Source: Candidatus Moraniibacteriota bacterium
Lineage (GTDB): Bacteria > Patescibacteriota > Minisyncoccia > Moranbacterales > GCA-2747515
Assembly: GCA_027031495.1 (NCBI GenBank)
Contig: JALVQA010000006.1
Span: 81,535 to 145,534 of the forward strand
Length of the DNA stretch: 64,000 nucleotides
Reading direction: 5' to 3'
A program made the position numbers and the translations under genes. Under the pieces are notes generated by a model that did not search any database, was not told the origin of the DNA, and saw only the letters and a program-made list of their open reading frames with translations. Positions 11,252 to 21,688 of the stretch are shown here, in pieces (positions within the stretch are counted from its first letter, which is position 1; every line of letters starts with the position of its first letter).

Positions 11252-12406
11252 GTGTTTTTTTGTATGTCGCTATCAGTATTTATGTGTATATGTGTTACTA
11301 TCAAATTTGACAAATTTGTTGCAGTAATGTACTGTACGTGTGCGCAATGTCGCGCGAGAAAACAGGAGCTTAAAATGCTTTTTATTCTATTCTTCGGTAT
11401 TTTTCTTTTTTCCCTCTCATATTTTCTTCTTTTCGCAATGAAAAAAAAGAGGGAGTTAGCTACGTGCGATGACTGCCTGAATATAGAGGGAGCATACTCA
11501 TTCGCGAGATTTGGCGCATGGGTATCTAGTGGTCTTCTTATATTTACAGTCCTGTGGTCGTCCGTTACATTTGTCTCGCCTGGATCAGTAAAGGTACTTG
11601 GTACCTTTGGTCGCGTAGACGTGGACGATATGCCCCTGCCTGAGGGGGCGCATCTAAAGCTCCCATGGCAGGCGACGCAGGAGATGTCTGTGCGGCAGCA
11701 GACCTTTAATAGGAGCGCTGCGAATGGCAATCAGCTAGAAATGGTAGTCGGTGATGGCGTAACGCTAAAGGCCGATGTATCATTTTACTGGCTGCTTAAC
11801 CCGGTGGGTGCCGCCTGGGTTTACCAAAGGTTCGGCAGTAATTATGCTGAACACCTACAGATTCCGTCGGCTGCGAGCGCAATCCGTGACGTTGTCGGAT
11901 CAGTAGATGACTGGCTAACCGTTGTCACGGATAAAGCGCGCATTGAAGAAAGGATTACAGCGCGCTTCGAAGAGCTTGTTGTTAGCAAGCTCATGGCTGC
12001 TGATATTGCGACAGATGTCGCAAAGTTTGCATTCACTTTTCCGAAAATGGATATTCGGAGAGTAACGCCACCAAAGGCGATCAAAACAGCTATTGCTAGC
12101 AAGAAGGCTGCGCAACAGCAGCTTGAGCGCCAAAAGACGGAAATTGAAATTGCCCAGCGGAAGGCACAAAAAGGCCGAGCAGAGGGGGAGAGGGTTAGAA
12201 ATATGCTTCTCGGTCTTTTCAAATTACCGAGTGGCGCACAATTGCCGGAGAGCGTTAATCCAGAAAGCATTGCTACCCTCATGTATGCGCTGGCAAAAAA
12301 GCAAGAGGCTCTTGCTATAATGCACGCGGTAGAGGGTGGTGATGCACTTAGTCTAACTGTTGTATCTTCTTCGCAACAACCAATAGCGATTGGTGCTACA
12401 AAATAA
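11252..12406 (+). CDS. SPFH/band-7 (prohibitin/stomatin-like) membrane protein with C-terminal coiled coil
   Basis: N-terminal TM, SPFH core QLEMVVGDGVTLKADVSFYWLLNPVGAAWVYQRFG, then KAAQQQLERQKTEIEIAQRKAQ coiled coil. Confidence 0.8.
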   Translation: MFFCMSLSVFMCICVTIKFDKFVAVMYCTCAQCRARKQELKMLFILFFGIFLFSLSYFLLFAMKKKRELATCDDCLNIEGAYSFARFGAWVSSGLLIFTVLWSSVTFVSPGSVKVLGTFGRVDVDDMPLPEGAHLKLPWQATQEMSVRQQTFNRSAANGNQLEMVVGDGVTLKADVSFYWLLNPVGAAWVYQRFGSNYAEHLQIPSAASAIRDVVGSVDDWLTVVTDKARIEERITARFEELVVSKLMAADIATDVAKFAFTFPKMDIRRVTPPKAIKTAIASKKAAQQQLERQKTEIEIAQRKAQKGRAEGERVRNMLLGLFKLPSGAQLPESVNPESIATLMYALAKKQEALAIMHAVEGGDALSLTVVSSSQQPIAIGATK

Positions 12407-12420
12407 AAGTTTTTGAATTT

Positions 12421-12450
12421 GCCCGTACGCAATGCGTACGGGTTTTTGTT
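12421..12450 (+). terminator. Intrinsic terminator GCCCGTACGC-AAT-GCGTACGGG + T5
   Basis: 9-bp stem then TTTTT just after SPFH stop. Confidence 0.75.
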
Positions 12451-12687
12451 TTGAGAGTGTGATAAAGCAAATAGAAACTATCATGGAAAGTTTCTATATG
12501 GTACACTATACACAATATGTTCTTAAAGAGATAAGCACTGTTGTTTCTGCATATGTAGTGACTAATTCCCAATTGTCAGAGAGTGTTGCAAATATCACAA
12601 ACAATGGCGTTTACTGGTGCTTTAAATATTTGATACCTTGCCTAAAAATATGCGAGTGAAGATGTTAATGCATATAATGATGAAATA

Positions 12688-12939
12688 ATGAAAAAATATA
12701 TAAAAAAACAACTATTAACTGCAAGTTTTGTTGCAGTACTTGTTCTCTTAATGATAGTAGTAAATCTATCAAGGCTAATAGAGATTCTTTATGGTTTTAT
12801 TATCACAGTGTTTATTGAATTTCTACAATTTAATATTCACACAATCATTTTTATTATTTTTCTTGCGTTTATTCTTAAAGGCATTCATTTATGGTGGCGT
12901 CGTTATAAAGTGGACCATGACAAGATGTCAATGCAATAA
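12688..12939 (+). CDS. Small two-TM membrane protein, hypothetical (AT-rich region)
   Basis: 83 aa, two long hydrophobic helices; low-GC context, could be spurious. Confidence 0.3.
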   Translation: MKKYIKKQLLTASFVAVLVLLMIVVNLSRLIEILYGFIITVFIEFLQFNIHTIIFIIFLAFILKGIHLWWRRYKVDHDKMSMQ

Positions 12940-13050
12940 AGTTATTTTTTTGCTTTGTTTTCATTTTAAGAGTGTATGCATTTTTCTAATATAAAAGAGG
13001 ACAGTTAAAATAACTGTCCTCGTGTAATCTTTTTTGTAATGCTCTGGTGT

Positions 13051-13590
13051 TTATGTCCTTATAACTTTATGCACGAGACCATAGTAATGAGCATTACGCA
13101 CGTCTAATGTTGCTTCGTCATTCATGAGGCGCAGTACTCCATCTGTGGTGAGGCGTGTGCGATCAGCGCACCAACGTACAAGCGCGCACTCAGTTTCCTC
13201 ACCTTTTGCAATCAATTTTTCTAAGAACTCTATTGACCCTTGATACATCTCGCCAACACTCTTCAACAGAGCCAAACTTGCTCGCAAGTGAGGAATTGTG
13301 TAATTATTATTTGTGAAAATTCGATGAAAGAAGAATGTCGTTCTCGGTGTGGCGTAACGCTCATTTGCACACAAGTATACAAATACTGCTAACGAATCAA
13401 TAGAATGACCAGCTAGCGCCGTAAAAAGTCTCTGCTTTGTTGCGTTAGCAAATACGGGGAAGTTATTGCAGATACCTCCGTTTGATGATATATATAGACC
13501 ATCATGCGTATTTTTTTGGAGCGCACGTAGTACATCAAGTATATCATGCACATGCATTTCGCCTGTGACTTCGTACAAGTTTTTAAACAT
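13051..13590 (-). CDS. ClpP/crotonase-fold protease-like protein (ClpP homolog, catalytic Ser position apparently Asp)
   Basis: LYISSNGG ~ ClpP LYINSPGG; ALAGHSIDSLAVFV ~ ClpP MGQAASMGAFLL; FHRI ~ IHQP His; 179 aa; no clpX nearby. Confidence 0.45.
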   Translation of the reverse strand: MFKNLYEVTGEMHVHDILDVLRALQKNTHDGLYISSNGGICNNFPVFANATKQRLFTALAGHSIDSLAVFVYLCANERYATPRTTFFFHRIFTNNNYTIPHLRASLALLKSVGEMYQGSIEFLEKLIAKGEETECALVRWCADRTRLTTDGVLRLMNDEATLDVRNAHYYGLVHKVIRT

Positions 13591-14324
13591 CTGATTTCTC
13601 CTTTGTTGTGTTGAATGCTACTTTATTAAATATCTATATAATAATTTTGTCAAGAACAGAGATGTTATCTTATAGAGAATGAGCCGTAAAAAAACCATTC
13701 CGCTATGGAGTGGTTTTTTTATAAACCAAAGGTCTTATTTCTTGACAACAACCGTGTGTGCGATTTTGTCGTGCCACCACTGCTTTTTAGCATTGAAACC
13801 GGTTCAGAAGAAGCCGAGTGCGTACACCTATTATATTTGAGACAGGAAAGTGAGATTATATTGATACTTTGAACAATGCCTGCGCAGCGCAGGTATCTAA
13901 GGAATATCACTCGTTTTTTACAAATGAACAGGGCGATGGCACTTTGTTATACACGATTAAAGAACCAGGTACCGTACATTCTTTATGTCATGTCTCCTAT
14001 GATGGTAAGAGGTAATATGTTGTGCAATAAAAAATTTTTAAAGTAGGTGCAAATTTGACATACTCTATATATTACTATCAATTACGTTGAGCTTGTCTGC
14101 TTATTGATCTGTCCTGGCATCATTGTTGGTATAGATATGCCTTGAGAAATATGTTTTGCTGAGACAAAATTAATAGTCAAAATTGACGTATGCTCTACAC
14201 ACGGATTGCGTGGGGCGTTTTTTATAAATTGACATGTTAATTATTTTATGCGATTATACTATTATTAAATATCACATGATAGCACCTCGCAGACGGGGCT
14301 TTTCTTTTTGATAATGCGAGATGT

Positions 14325-15590
14325 ATGATAAAGAAACAGGGACGGCAAAAGAAGAAAGTGACACTGTCAGTACGCAATGCCAAGAAGGTGCATGAAACAT
14401 TTGCGCCGAATGGTGTTGTTAACAGTTTTGGTGCGAAGAACTACGCGTGGAAGCCGCGTGGTAAGAAGGCGCGCAAGAAAAAGATGCGGAATGTTTTGAC
14501 ACCAAAAGACTGTGTCAAGAACGTCCGCACGGAGGATCTTGCGGCTTTTGCGCCAACGCACACGTTTGCGGACTTTGGGCTTGATGCGCGCCTGCTGGCA
14601 AATGTGCCGTATGCGCAACCGTTGCCGATTCAGGACCGCGCGATCGGGCCGATTTTGGAAGGGCGCGATGTCATCGGTCTGGCGCAAACGGGCACGGGCA
14701 AAACGGCGGCGTTTCTCCTGCCACTGCTCACACTGGTGATGAGAGCGCCGCGGCGTGAGCGCGTGCTTGTCATGACGCCGACGCGCGAGTTGGCGCAGCA
14801 GATCCACGAAGCGCTTGATACATTTGCAGCGGGTACTGACGTGCGCAGTGCGCTGGTTGTTGGTGGGGCAAATGTGCGCGTGCAGGAGAGGGCTCTTACG
14901 CACAATCCGCACTTTGTTATTGGTACGCCGGGCCGTCTCCATGATCTCGTGGAACGGGGTGTGCTGGCGCTTGGTGATATAACGCGTGTGGTCATTGACG
15001 AAGTGGATCGCATGATGGATATGGGCTTTATAAAGGAAGTGAAGTATCTACTCGCGCATATGCCACAGCGCGTGCAGACACTGCTATTTAGCGCAACACT
15101 GCGCAAAGAAATGCGTCAGGTGGCAAAGGCGTTTCAAACTAATCCCAAGACAATTGCCATCACACCGCGCCCAACAGCGCTGAGTGTGCAGCAAGATTTG
15201 CAGTATGTTGATCCTGGTGATGATAAAATGGAAATCTTGCATGACGCGCTGATTGCGCCGGATGTGACGCGCGCGATTGTGTTTGTGCGTACGAAATATG
15301 ATGCACTGGAAGTGTGTGCTGAGCTTGTTGATCGTGGTTTTCGCGCCGGTGTTGTGCAGGGGGATCTCTCTCACGGTGCACGTAAGCGTGTCGTGAAACA
15401 GTTTCGTGATGGTATAATAGATGTACTGGTAGCGACAGATCTTGTGGCGCGGGGTATTGATGTGCCGGATGTCTCACATGTTATCAATTATGACGTACCG
15501 GATACGTATGATGATTATGTCCACCGCATCGGACGCACGGGTCGTGCTGGCAAAATCGGGTATGCACTGACGCTGTGGGAGCGTGAATAG
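14325..15590 (+). CDS. DEAD-box ATP-dependent RNA helicase with basic N-terminal extension
   Basis: Q-motif region, AQTGTGKTAAF (motif I), DEVDRMMDMGF (II), SAT (III), HRIGRTGRAG (VI). Confidence 0.9.
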   Translation: MIKKQGRQKKKVTLSVRNAKKVHETFAPNGVVNSFGAKNYAWKPRGKKARKKKMRNVLTPKDCVKNVRTEDLAAFAPTHTFADFGLDARLLANVPYAQPLPIQDRAIGPILEGRDVIGLAQTGTGKTAAFLLPLLTLVMRAPRRERVLVMTPTRELAQQIHEALDTFAAGTDVRSALVVGGANVRVQERALTHNPHFVIGTPGRLHDLVERGVLALGDITRVVIDEVDRMMDMGFIKEVKYLLAHMPQRVQTLLFSATLRKEMRQVAKAFQTNPKTIAITPRPTALSVQQDLQYVDPGDDKMEILHDALIAPDVTRAIVFVRTKYDALEVCAELVDRGFRAGVVQGDLSHGARKRVVKQFRDGIIDVLVATDLVARGIDVPDVSHVINYDVPDTYDDYVHRIGRTGRAGKIGYALTLWERE

Positions 15591-15596
15591 GGCAAA

Positions 15597-16862
15597 ATGA
15601 TTAAAGATATAGTTGCAAAAAGCATTATTGGTGTGATTGTTGGTGTCATGATGAGTGTGGTGGCAGCGATTTTTGCTGTGTATATGAAAGTGCAAAATGT
15701 ATCACGTGATAGTAATCCTCCTCAACAAGAAAAACAATTGCAAATGATGCAACATAGTGCCTCTTTATTGGATGAAGCGAAAGCTATTTTTGACGAAAAA
15801 AAAGAAAATGGCGGTAGTAAAAGTAATGAAATTGTGCGGAACATTCCTCATGAAGGACAACAAACAAAAATTTTTACGTGGACATATGATGGTAAAGCAT
15901 ACACAATTGCGATAGATCTGTATGATTCGCTCTATCATCACTACTTCACACATCAAAAAATCTTTAAATACAGCGGTGATTTACCATCTGATTGGAAAGA
16001 GAAATATCTTAAAATGTTTCTCTATGCAGCACCGGGCGACACAACGCTTGACGAACTGGCGCAGCGTTTATTGCGTATTGGACTAGCGCATGATCTCTCC
16101 GATGATCAAATTGTAGAACTCGTCGTTTCATTTGTGCAGTCAATTCCTTATGATACACCAAAGAAAGAGCGTATCGCTGCTGGCGTGCGCCCAACAGAAG
16201 AGACACTTGTCTATCCATACGAGACACTCTATCAAAATACCGGTGTTTGCTCGGACAAGAGTGTGTTGCTGTATAGGTTATTGCATTCATTGGGATATGG
16301 TGTTGCACTTCTTGCATATGATCGTCAACAACACATGTCTGTCGGTATTCAGTGTCCGCAAGAGTATGCGAGTTATGAGAATGGTTACTGCTATATTGAA
16401 ACGACAAACACACTGCCAATCGGTGTTATTCCATCACTAAATGAGAATAGTAGACGGGCGGTTGCGCCGGTAGCACTTCTTGATGCACAACGACTTTCTG
16501 ATGATGTGCAGGTTTATTTTCCGACAAAGGGCAAGGTGTATACGGGCATTGTACGCACGCGAACGTATGTTGATGAACTTAATAATATAAGTGTTTCTAT
16601 TCAAGAACAGAAAGAAAAAATTGCCGCAAAGCGTGAAAAGATTAATCGCTTGAGTAAAACGCTCAATGAGTTAACACGCAAATTACAGAAATATAAGAAA
16701 GCACAGGAGTGGAATAAGTACAACGCGCATGTTGACGCTTATAACGACACGCTCAAAGAATACAAAGAGCGCATCAAAAAGATTAACAAGCGCATTGATG
16801 AATATAATGCTACAATTAGAAGGTACAATAATCTTTTGCGTAAATTAGTAAGTCACAATTGA
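15597..16862 (+). CDS. Membrane-anchored protein with putative transglutaminase-like cysteine-protease core and C-terminal coiled coil
   Basis: N-terminal TM; TGVCSDKSVLLYRLLHSLGYGV (Cys), HMSVGIQ (His) spacing reminiscent of TGase-like Cys-His-Asp cores; coiled-coil KEKIAAKREKINRLSKTLNELTRKLQKYKK. Confidence 0.4.
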   Translation: MIKDIVAKSIIGVIVGVMMSVVAAIFAVYMKVQNVSRDSNPPQQEKQLQMMQHSASLLDEAKAIFDEKKENGGSKSNEIVRNIPHEGQQTKIFTWTYDGKAYTIAIDLYDSLYHHYFTHQKIFKYSGDLPSDWKEKYLKMFLYAAPGDTTLDELAQRLLRIGLAHDLSDDQIVELVVSFVQSIPYDTPKKERIAAGVRPTEETLVYPYETLYQNTGVCSDKSVLLYRLLHSLGYGVALLAYDRQQHMSVGIQCPQEYASYENGYCYIETTNTLPIGVIPSLNENSRRAVAPVALLDAQRLSDDVQVYFPTKGKVYTGIVRTRTYVDELNNISVSIQEQKEKIAAKREKINRLSKTLNELTRKLQKYKKAQEWNKYNAHVDAYNDTLKEYKERIKKINKRIDEYNATIRRYNNLLRKLVSHN

Positions 16863-16869
16863 TAGTACT

Positions 16870-17862
16870 ATGCTTGACGCTATTCTTTTCCTTATACTTA
16901 TCTTTCTTTCCGGCTTTTTCTCCAGTGCGGAGACGGCGTTTTTCTCACTCTCGCCGGCGCAGGCGCGTCTTTTAGAGAATCATAAGCTTTGGCGCGCACG
17001 TGCCGTGTGGCAGCTAAAATCGAAGCCAGAGGAATTGCTCACCACAATTCTTATTGGAAACAATATTGTTAATCTCTTCACAGCATCATACGCGACGGTT
17101 GTTGCAACGCGCTTTTTTGATTCAAGCGCCCTTGGTATTGCGACCGGCGCAACAACATTTTTCATTCTCGTTTTCGGTGAAATTGTGCCGAAGTCTTTAG
17201 CATATTCAAACAACCGTGCAATTGCACAATTTTCCGCGCCATTGCTCTATGCGCTGCGCATTGCACTATATCCGGCTGTGCGAGCATTGACGATATTTAG
17301 CGCGTATTTGCAAAAGCGCTTTGCAACTGGGGAGACAACAAATGTTACAGAAGCGGAAGTGCGCATGATGGCACGCATGAGTGTTGAGCATGGTGAGATG
17401 GATTATCGCGAGCGTGAAATGATTGAAAATGTTTTTCGTTTTGATGATATGACAGTACGTCAAGTTATGCGACCGCGCTACAAAATGGTGTTGCTCAACG
17501 GCATGGTCCCGGTGGAACAAATTGCGTATTTTGTTGGACATGATGGGCACTCACGCTATCCGGTTTATGTGGGTGACGAAGATAATATCATTGGCTATAT
17601 TCATGTCAATACATTGCTCAAAGCGCTCAAATCCGATGAACGTCACAAACTTGTCAAAGAATTTGTGCGTCCGATTGCCTCTGTGCCGGAAACACGCAAG
17701 ATTGAGCGCGTTTTCCGTGCGATGAAGCGAGATCGTGTGCACATGTACCTTGTACACAAAAAAGGCGCACCGTACGAAATCATCGGTCTTGTGACACTGG
17801 AAGACATCCTTGAAGAAATTGTTGGTGAGATTGAGGATGAAACAGATAATGTAGATGAATAA
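16870..17862 (+). CDS. CNNM/CorC/HlyC-family transporter: DUF21 membrane domain + CBS pair + CorC_HlyC C-terminal domain
   Basis: MLDAILFLILIFLSGFFSSAETAFFSL DUF21 start; CBS-pair region; C-terminal GLVTLEDILEEIVGEIEDE. Confidence 0.85.
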   Translation: MLDAILFLILIFLSGFFSSAETAFFSLSPAQARLLENHKLWRARAVWQLKSKPEELLTTILIGNNIVNLFTASYATVVATRFFDSSALGIATGATTFFILVFGEIVPKSLAYSNNRAIAQFSAPLLYALRIALYPAVRALTIFSAYLQKRFATGETTNVTEAEVRMMARMSVEHGEMDYREREMIENVFRFDDMTVRQVMRPRYKMVLLNGMVPVEQIAYFVGHDGHSRYPVYVGDEDNIIGYIHVNTLLKALKSDERHKLVKEFVRPIASVPETRKIERVFRAMKRDRVHMYLVHKKGAPYEIIGLVTLEDILEEIVGEIEDETDNVDE

Positions 17863-17865
17863 AAC

Positions 17866-17898
17866 GAAAAAAACACCACGCATGCGTGGTGTTTTTTG
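17866..17898 (+). terminator. Intrinsic terminator CACCACGCATGCGTGGTG + T6
   Basis: Perfect palindromic stem then TTTTTT after CorC stop. Confidence 0.75.
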
Positions 17899-18139
17899 AG
17901 AACCCTCAATGCAAAGAGGCGTATGGGTCCCATGAAATGAGATGTAGGAAAAATGATGACATATCTTTCCCTGGTGCTCCAGGTGGGTCCCATAACTCAT
18001 ACCGCAAAGGCGGTAGATTCTTCAGCCTCTTATTCTGAAGGTTCTTCTTCATTATAGCACATGTCTAGAAATATCGCCCTCAGTGACAAGGAGAGGTATA
18101 TGCTATAATAAAAGTACTTAATATTTTTCTACAAAACAT

Positions 18140-18352
18140 ATGACAAAAAACATTGGCATGATTGATCGCTTTGTACGTGTTGTGGTAGGGCTTGGCATTG
18201 TGTACTGGGCAGTGCGACATGGTTCGTGGTGGGGCATGATTGGTGTCGTGTTGTTGATAACAGCAGCAATGCAGTATTGCTGTCTCTACAAGCTTTTTGG
18301 TTTTAAAACCTGTGGCGCAAAGACGTGCGGCACTGTAAGAGAGAGGAAGTAA
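18140..18352 (+). CDS. DUF2892 (YgaP-like) small membrane protein
   Basis: 70 aa, IDRFVRVVVGLGIVYWAV...GWWGMIGVVLLITAAMQYCCLYKLFGFKTCG pattern. Confidence 0.55.
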   Translation: MTKNIGMIDRFVRVVVGLGIVYWAVRHGSWWGMIGVVLLITAAMQYCCLYKLFGFKTCGAKTCGTVRERK

Positions 18353-18375
18353 GTGATTGTACACCGTGACATGTC

Positions 18376-19590
18376 GTGGTGTTTTTGCGTGTTCTTATGA
18401 AGTTATGGCTTATCAAATGCGGCAAAGTTCTTAATGCAATCAAACGCGACGGTCTTTGGCGCGGCCTCTCCAAAGCTTTGCACGGATTGTGGGCACTGGT
18501 GCGGACAATGTATGTACCGGCGGGGGACATATTGATTATCACATCTGGCATTGGCGACAGTGCGCGCTATCGTGCGCATCATGTAGCAGAAGAATTGCGT
18601 CACAGCGGTTTTCGTGTGAGTGTGACAGTGCAAGATAACCCCTTTTTGCCACGCTATGCGCAAAAGTTTTGCGTGTTTGTTTTTCATCGCGTGCTCTATA
18701 TGGGACGTGCACGCGTGCTCTATGACCGTGCAAAAGAACAGAAAAAGACAATCATTTTTGAAACGGACGATCTTGTCTATGATCCGCGTTACCTCGTTCA
18801 CATGGATTTCTACAACCACATGCAGGCATTTGAGCGTTTGCAGTATAAAGACGGCGTCGGTGGTGAGATGGTGCGCGATCCTTATGTAAAAGTTGCGACA
18901 ACGACAACATCATTCCTTGCACAGAAACTTCGTGAAGAAGGTAAGAAAGTGTTTATTGTGCCGAATAAATTATCTGACGAAGATGTTGCGCATGCTAAGC
19001 CACTTTTTGCACATCATGTAAAGATGTATGCACCACGTGACGAGATTATAATTGGTTACTTCAGCGGCGTGATTAGTCACAATAAAGATTTCGCAGTTCT
19101 TACACCTGTCTTGAAAGAACTTTTTAAGCGGTACGCGCATATCCGTGTTGCTATTTACGGGCCCCTAGATCTTGATGACGCACTTTGTGAATACAAGGAC
19201 CGTTTTGTGCAAAATACCTATGTGCCACGCGCGCAACACTTTGCCAACGTTGCTGCGGTTGACATCAATGTTGCGCCACTTGAGGTTGGTAATCCCTTTT
19301 GCGAGGCAAAGAGCGAGCTTAAATTTTTTGAGGCGGGGATTGTTGGTGTACCGACTGTTGCAAGTAAAACGCAAACATTTAATGAGGCAATCACGCAGGG
19401 CGTTGATGGCTTTGTGGCATACGATACCCACGAGTGGATTGAGTATCTCTCACTCCTTATTGACGATGCGACGCTGCGACGCAGCATTGGCACGGCGGCG
19501 CGCCAGACGGCGCTGCAGTACTACACAACACATACACATAACGAAGCATACGAAGCATTTTTGCGCACAAAAATTGCGGAGCATACGTAA
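18376..19590 (+). CDS. Glycosyltransferase family 1/4-like protein (GT-B fold C-terminal domain)
   Basis: C-terminal region NPFCEAKSELKFFEAGIVGVPTVASKT...GVDGFV resembles the GT4 donor-binding E-x7-E region. Confidence 0.45.
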   Translation: MVFLRVLMKLWLIKCGKVLNAIKRDGLWRGLSKALHGLWALVRTMYVPAGDILIITSGIGDSARYRAHHVAEELRHSGFRVSVTVQDNPFLPRYAQKFCVFVFHRVLYMGRARVLYDRAKEQKKTIIFETDDLVYDPRYLVHMDFYNHMQAFERLQYKDGVGGEMVRDPYVKVATTTTSFLAQKLREEGKKVFIVPNKLSDEDVAHAKPLFAHHVKMYAPRDEIIIGYFSGVISHNKDFAVLTPVLKELFKRYAHIRVAIYGPLDLDDALCEYKDRFVQNTYVPRAQHFANVAAVDINVAPLEVGNPFCEAKSELKFFEAGIVGVPTVASKTQTFNEAITQGVDGFVAYDTHEWIEYLSLLIDDATLRRSIGTAARQTALQYYTTHTHNEAYEAFLRTKIAEHT

Positions 19591-19929
19591 AAAATAGACA
19601 CGAGCACATTGACAGACATGCAAGAAAGATTTATACTATAATGTCTTTTGTTTTTATGATGAAGAAAGAGATTATTACGCAAAATCTGAAGCGCTTGCAT
19701 GTACGGTTTTCTAAGTACGTGTCTGTACAGGGCGCGCGTACTTTTTGGCAAAAAATGCAAAAACTGTGCGCACAGAAAATGTGTGTGCGGTACGTTATTG
19801 CATTTATACTCTTTACGTGCGGCTTTGTTGGTGGCGTATGGGGCAAGATGCATGCGCGTGAAACAATTATGATCGGTCACGATGATTATTTGATTGTGTC
19901 TGACGATCCTACAGCTAAGGTAAAATAAC

Positions 19930-20967
19930 GTGAGAAATATGAGTAAAAAGTGTGCGCAAGAACTCGTGCGACTGCGTAAACAGAGGCAGAATTATATAGC
20001 GACAATTATTATTCTTGTCGGTGCTCTGTGTGGCAGTTTCTTTGTAGATGTAACACAGATGATACGCGGCAAGGGTTTCAGTGACCGTGCTGTGCGTACG
20101 ACGTCCATTATTTCATATGATGGGCGCACATGGGTTGCGTATGCAGAACCAATTGTGCCGTTGACGGTTGTTGCTGATACATCGTGTGAAGATTGTGATA
20201 TTGATGCACTTCTGGCATGGTTACAATACGCTGTACCGACTATTCGTCCACGCGTTGTAGACTATTCTTCGCAAGAAGGGGCAGCGCTTGTTGAGCGTTA
20301 CGGACTTACCTATGTGCCAAGCATCCTTTTTGGCAACACAATCACGCGCACACACTTCTTTGATGGTGCGCAAGATTTATTTGCCAAGCGTGACGGTGTA
20401 TATGTTTTTGATTTGCCACTCCTTGATATCGTGCCACTGAAGTATATACATGCGCCACGCGACACGCACTTGATCACCATAAGGGAATCTGGTGCACCGA
20501 AAGTGACAGTAACGATTGTGAGTGATTTTTCATGTAAGGCATGCAAGGAGATTTACGCAACCGTGCGTGCATATGAAAAGAAATATAAAGATATGCGTGT
20601 GCTGTTTGCTTATGTGCCAACCGGTCACGATGATGAGCGTGGAAAGCATGCAACGTATGCTGTCTATTGTGCGCAACAACAAGAGAAAGCTGAGTCATAT
20701 ATAGCATATCTTTTTGCCACACGTCACTTGTGGCGCAATAGAAATGACGATGTCATGTTTATCCGTGCGGCGCGCACTGTCGGAATAAAAGATGTCACTG
20801 CATTTAAGCAGTGCATGGAGAGTGATAATATTCATGCGCGCTACGATGCAATGGTGCATGATGTGCATGTATTGGGCTCCGTTGACGTACCGATGGTTTT
20901 TGTGAATGATCATGCTGTTGATGAAAATGCAAAGCTAGACGATATTTTACGCGATGCTCTTAAATAG
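19930..20967 (+). CDS. Membrane-anchored DsbA-like thioredoxin-fold oxidoreductase (two CxxC motifs: CEDC, CKAC)
   Basis: N-terminal TM IATIIILVGALCGSFF; thioredoxin-like VTIVSDFSCKACKEIYATV. Confidence 0.6.
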   Translation: MRNMSKKCAQELVRLRKQRQNYIATIIILVGALCGSFFVDVTQMIRGKGFSDRAVRTTSIISYDGRTWVAYAEPIVPLTVVADTSCEDCDIDALLAWLQYAVPTIRPRVVDYSSQEGAALVERYGLTYVPSILFGNTITRTHFFDGAQDLFAKRDGVYVFDLPLLDIVPLKYIHAPRDTHLITIRESGAPKVTVTIVSDFSCKACKEIYATVRAYEKKYKDMRVLFAYVPTGHDDERGKHATYAVYCAQQQEKAESYIAYLFATRHLWRNRNDDVMFIRAARTVGIKDVTAFKQCMESDNIHARYDAMVHDVHVLGSVDVPMVFVNDHAVDENAKLDDILRDALK

Positions 20968-21137
20968 CAAATATATACCGTAGTCAAAGACTGGACAATG
21001 TTTGTAATGTATAGTACAATGGCTCCAAGAGACAGTTTAGTTAAAGCACTGTCTCTTTCCTTGTTGTGGGGAGAGGCATTGACTAAGAGGTCAAAATACA
21101 GTATCCTAGACGAAGTATTGGTAAATTATAGAAATAT

Positions 21138-21452
21138 ATGGTGGCAGTAATTAAAACAGGTGGCAAACAGTATCTTGTTGCTGAAGGTGATATTGTTTCT
21201 GTAGAAAAGTTAGACGGTGCACCGGATACAACAATAACATTTGATAATGTTTTGTTGTTGAGTGATGGCGCAGATATTACACTTGGCACGCCGACAGTAA
21301 AGGGTGCGCGTGTAGAAGCAAAGATTGTTGGGCAAGAGCGTGCAAAAAAGGTATGGGGCGTTAAGTACAAGCCAAAGAAGCGTTATCGCCTTACATTTGG
21401 GCACAAACAACCATTGACAAAGATAGAAATTGTCAAGATTATCGCAAAGTAG
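21138..21452 (+). CDS. rplU: 50S ribosomal protein L21 (bL21)
   Basis: MVAVIKTGGKQYLVAEGDIVSVEKL...KYKPKKRYRLTFGHKQPLTKIEIVKI. Confidence 0.9.
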   Translation: MVAVIKTGGKQYLVAEGDIVSVEKLDGAPDTTITFDNVLLLSDGADITLGTPTVKGARVEAKIVGQERAKKVWGVKYKPKKRYRLTFGHKQPLTKIEIVKIIAK

Positions 21453-21469
21453 TACGTGATGCGTTGCGC

Positions 21470-21500
21470 AAAAACACTCCGTTATGCGGAGTGTTTTTGT
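21470..21500 (+). terminator. Intrinsic terminator ACACTCCG-TTATG-CGGAGTGT + T5 after rplU
   Basis: 8-bp stem and T-tract. Confidence 0.75.
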
Positions 21501-21688
21501 ATGTTTGATAAAAAAATCTTTAAAAACACATCTTAATATGTTGACAAATTATCAGATTTGTACAACTCTCTGCTGAGCTTGAGAGCGAGACAGATCCTCT
21601 CCGCAAGGAGATTATTCGCCGTGATATAGAGGGTGAAAGAAGGCGTCTGAAATCCATAGAGGGCACTATCAACACGCTCGAGTGGAGT

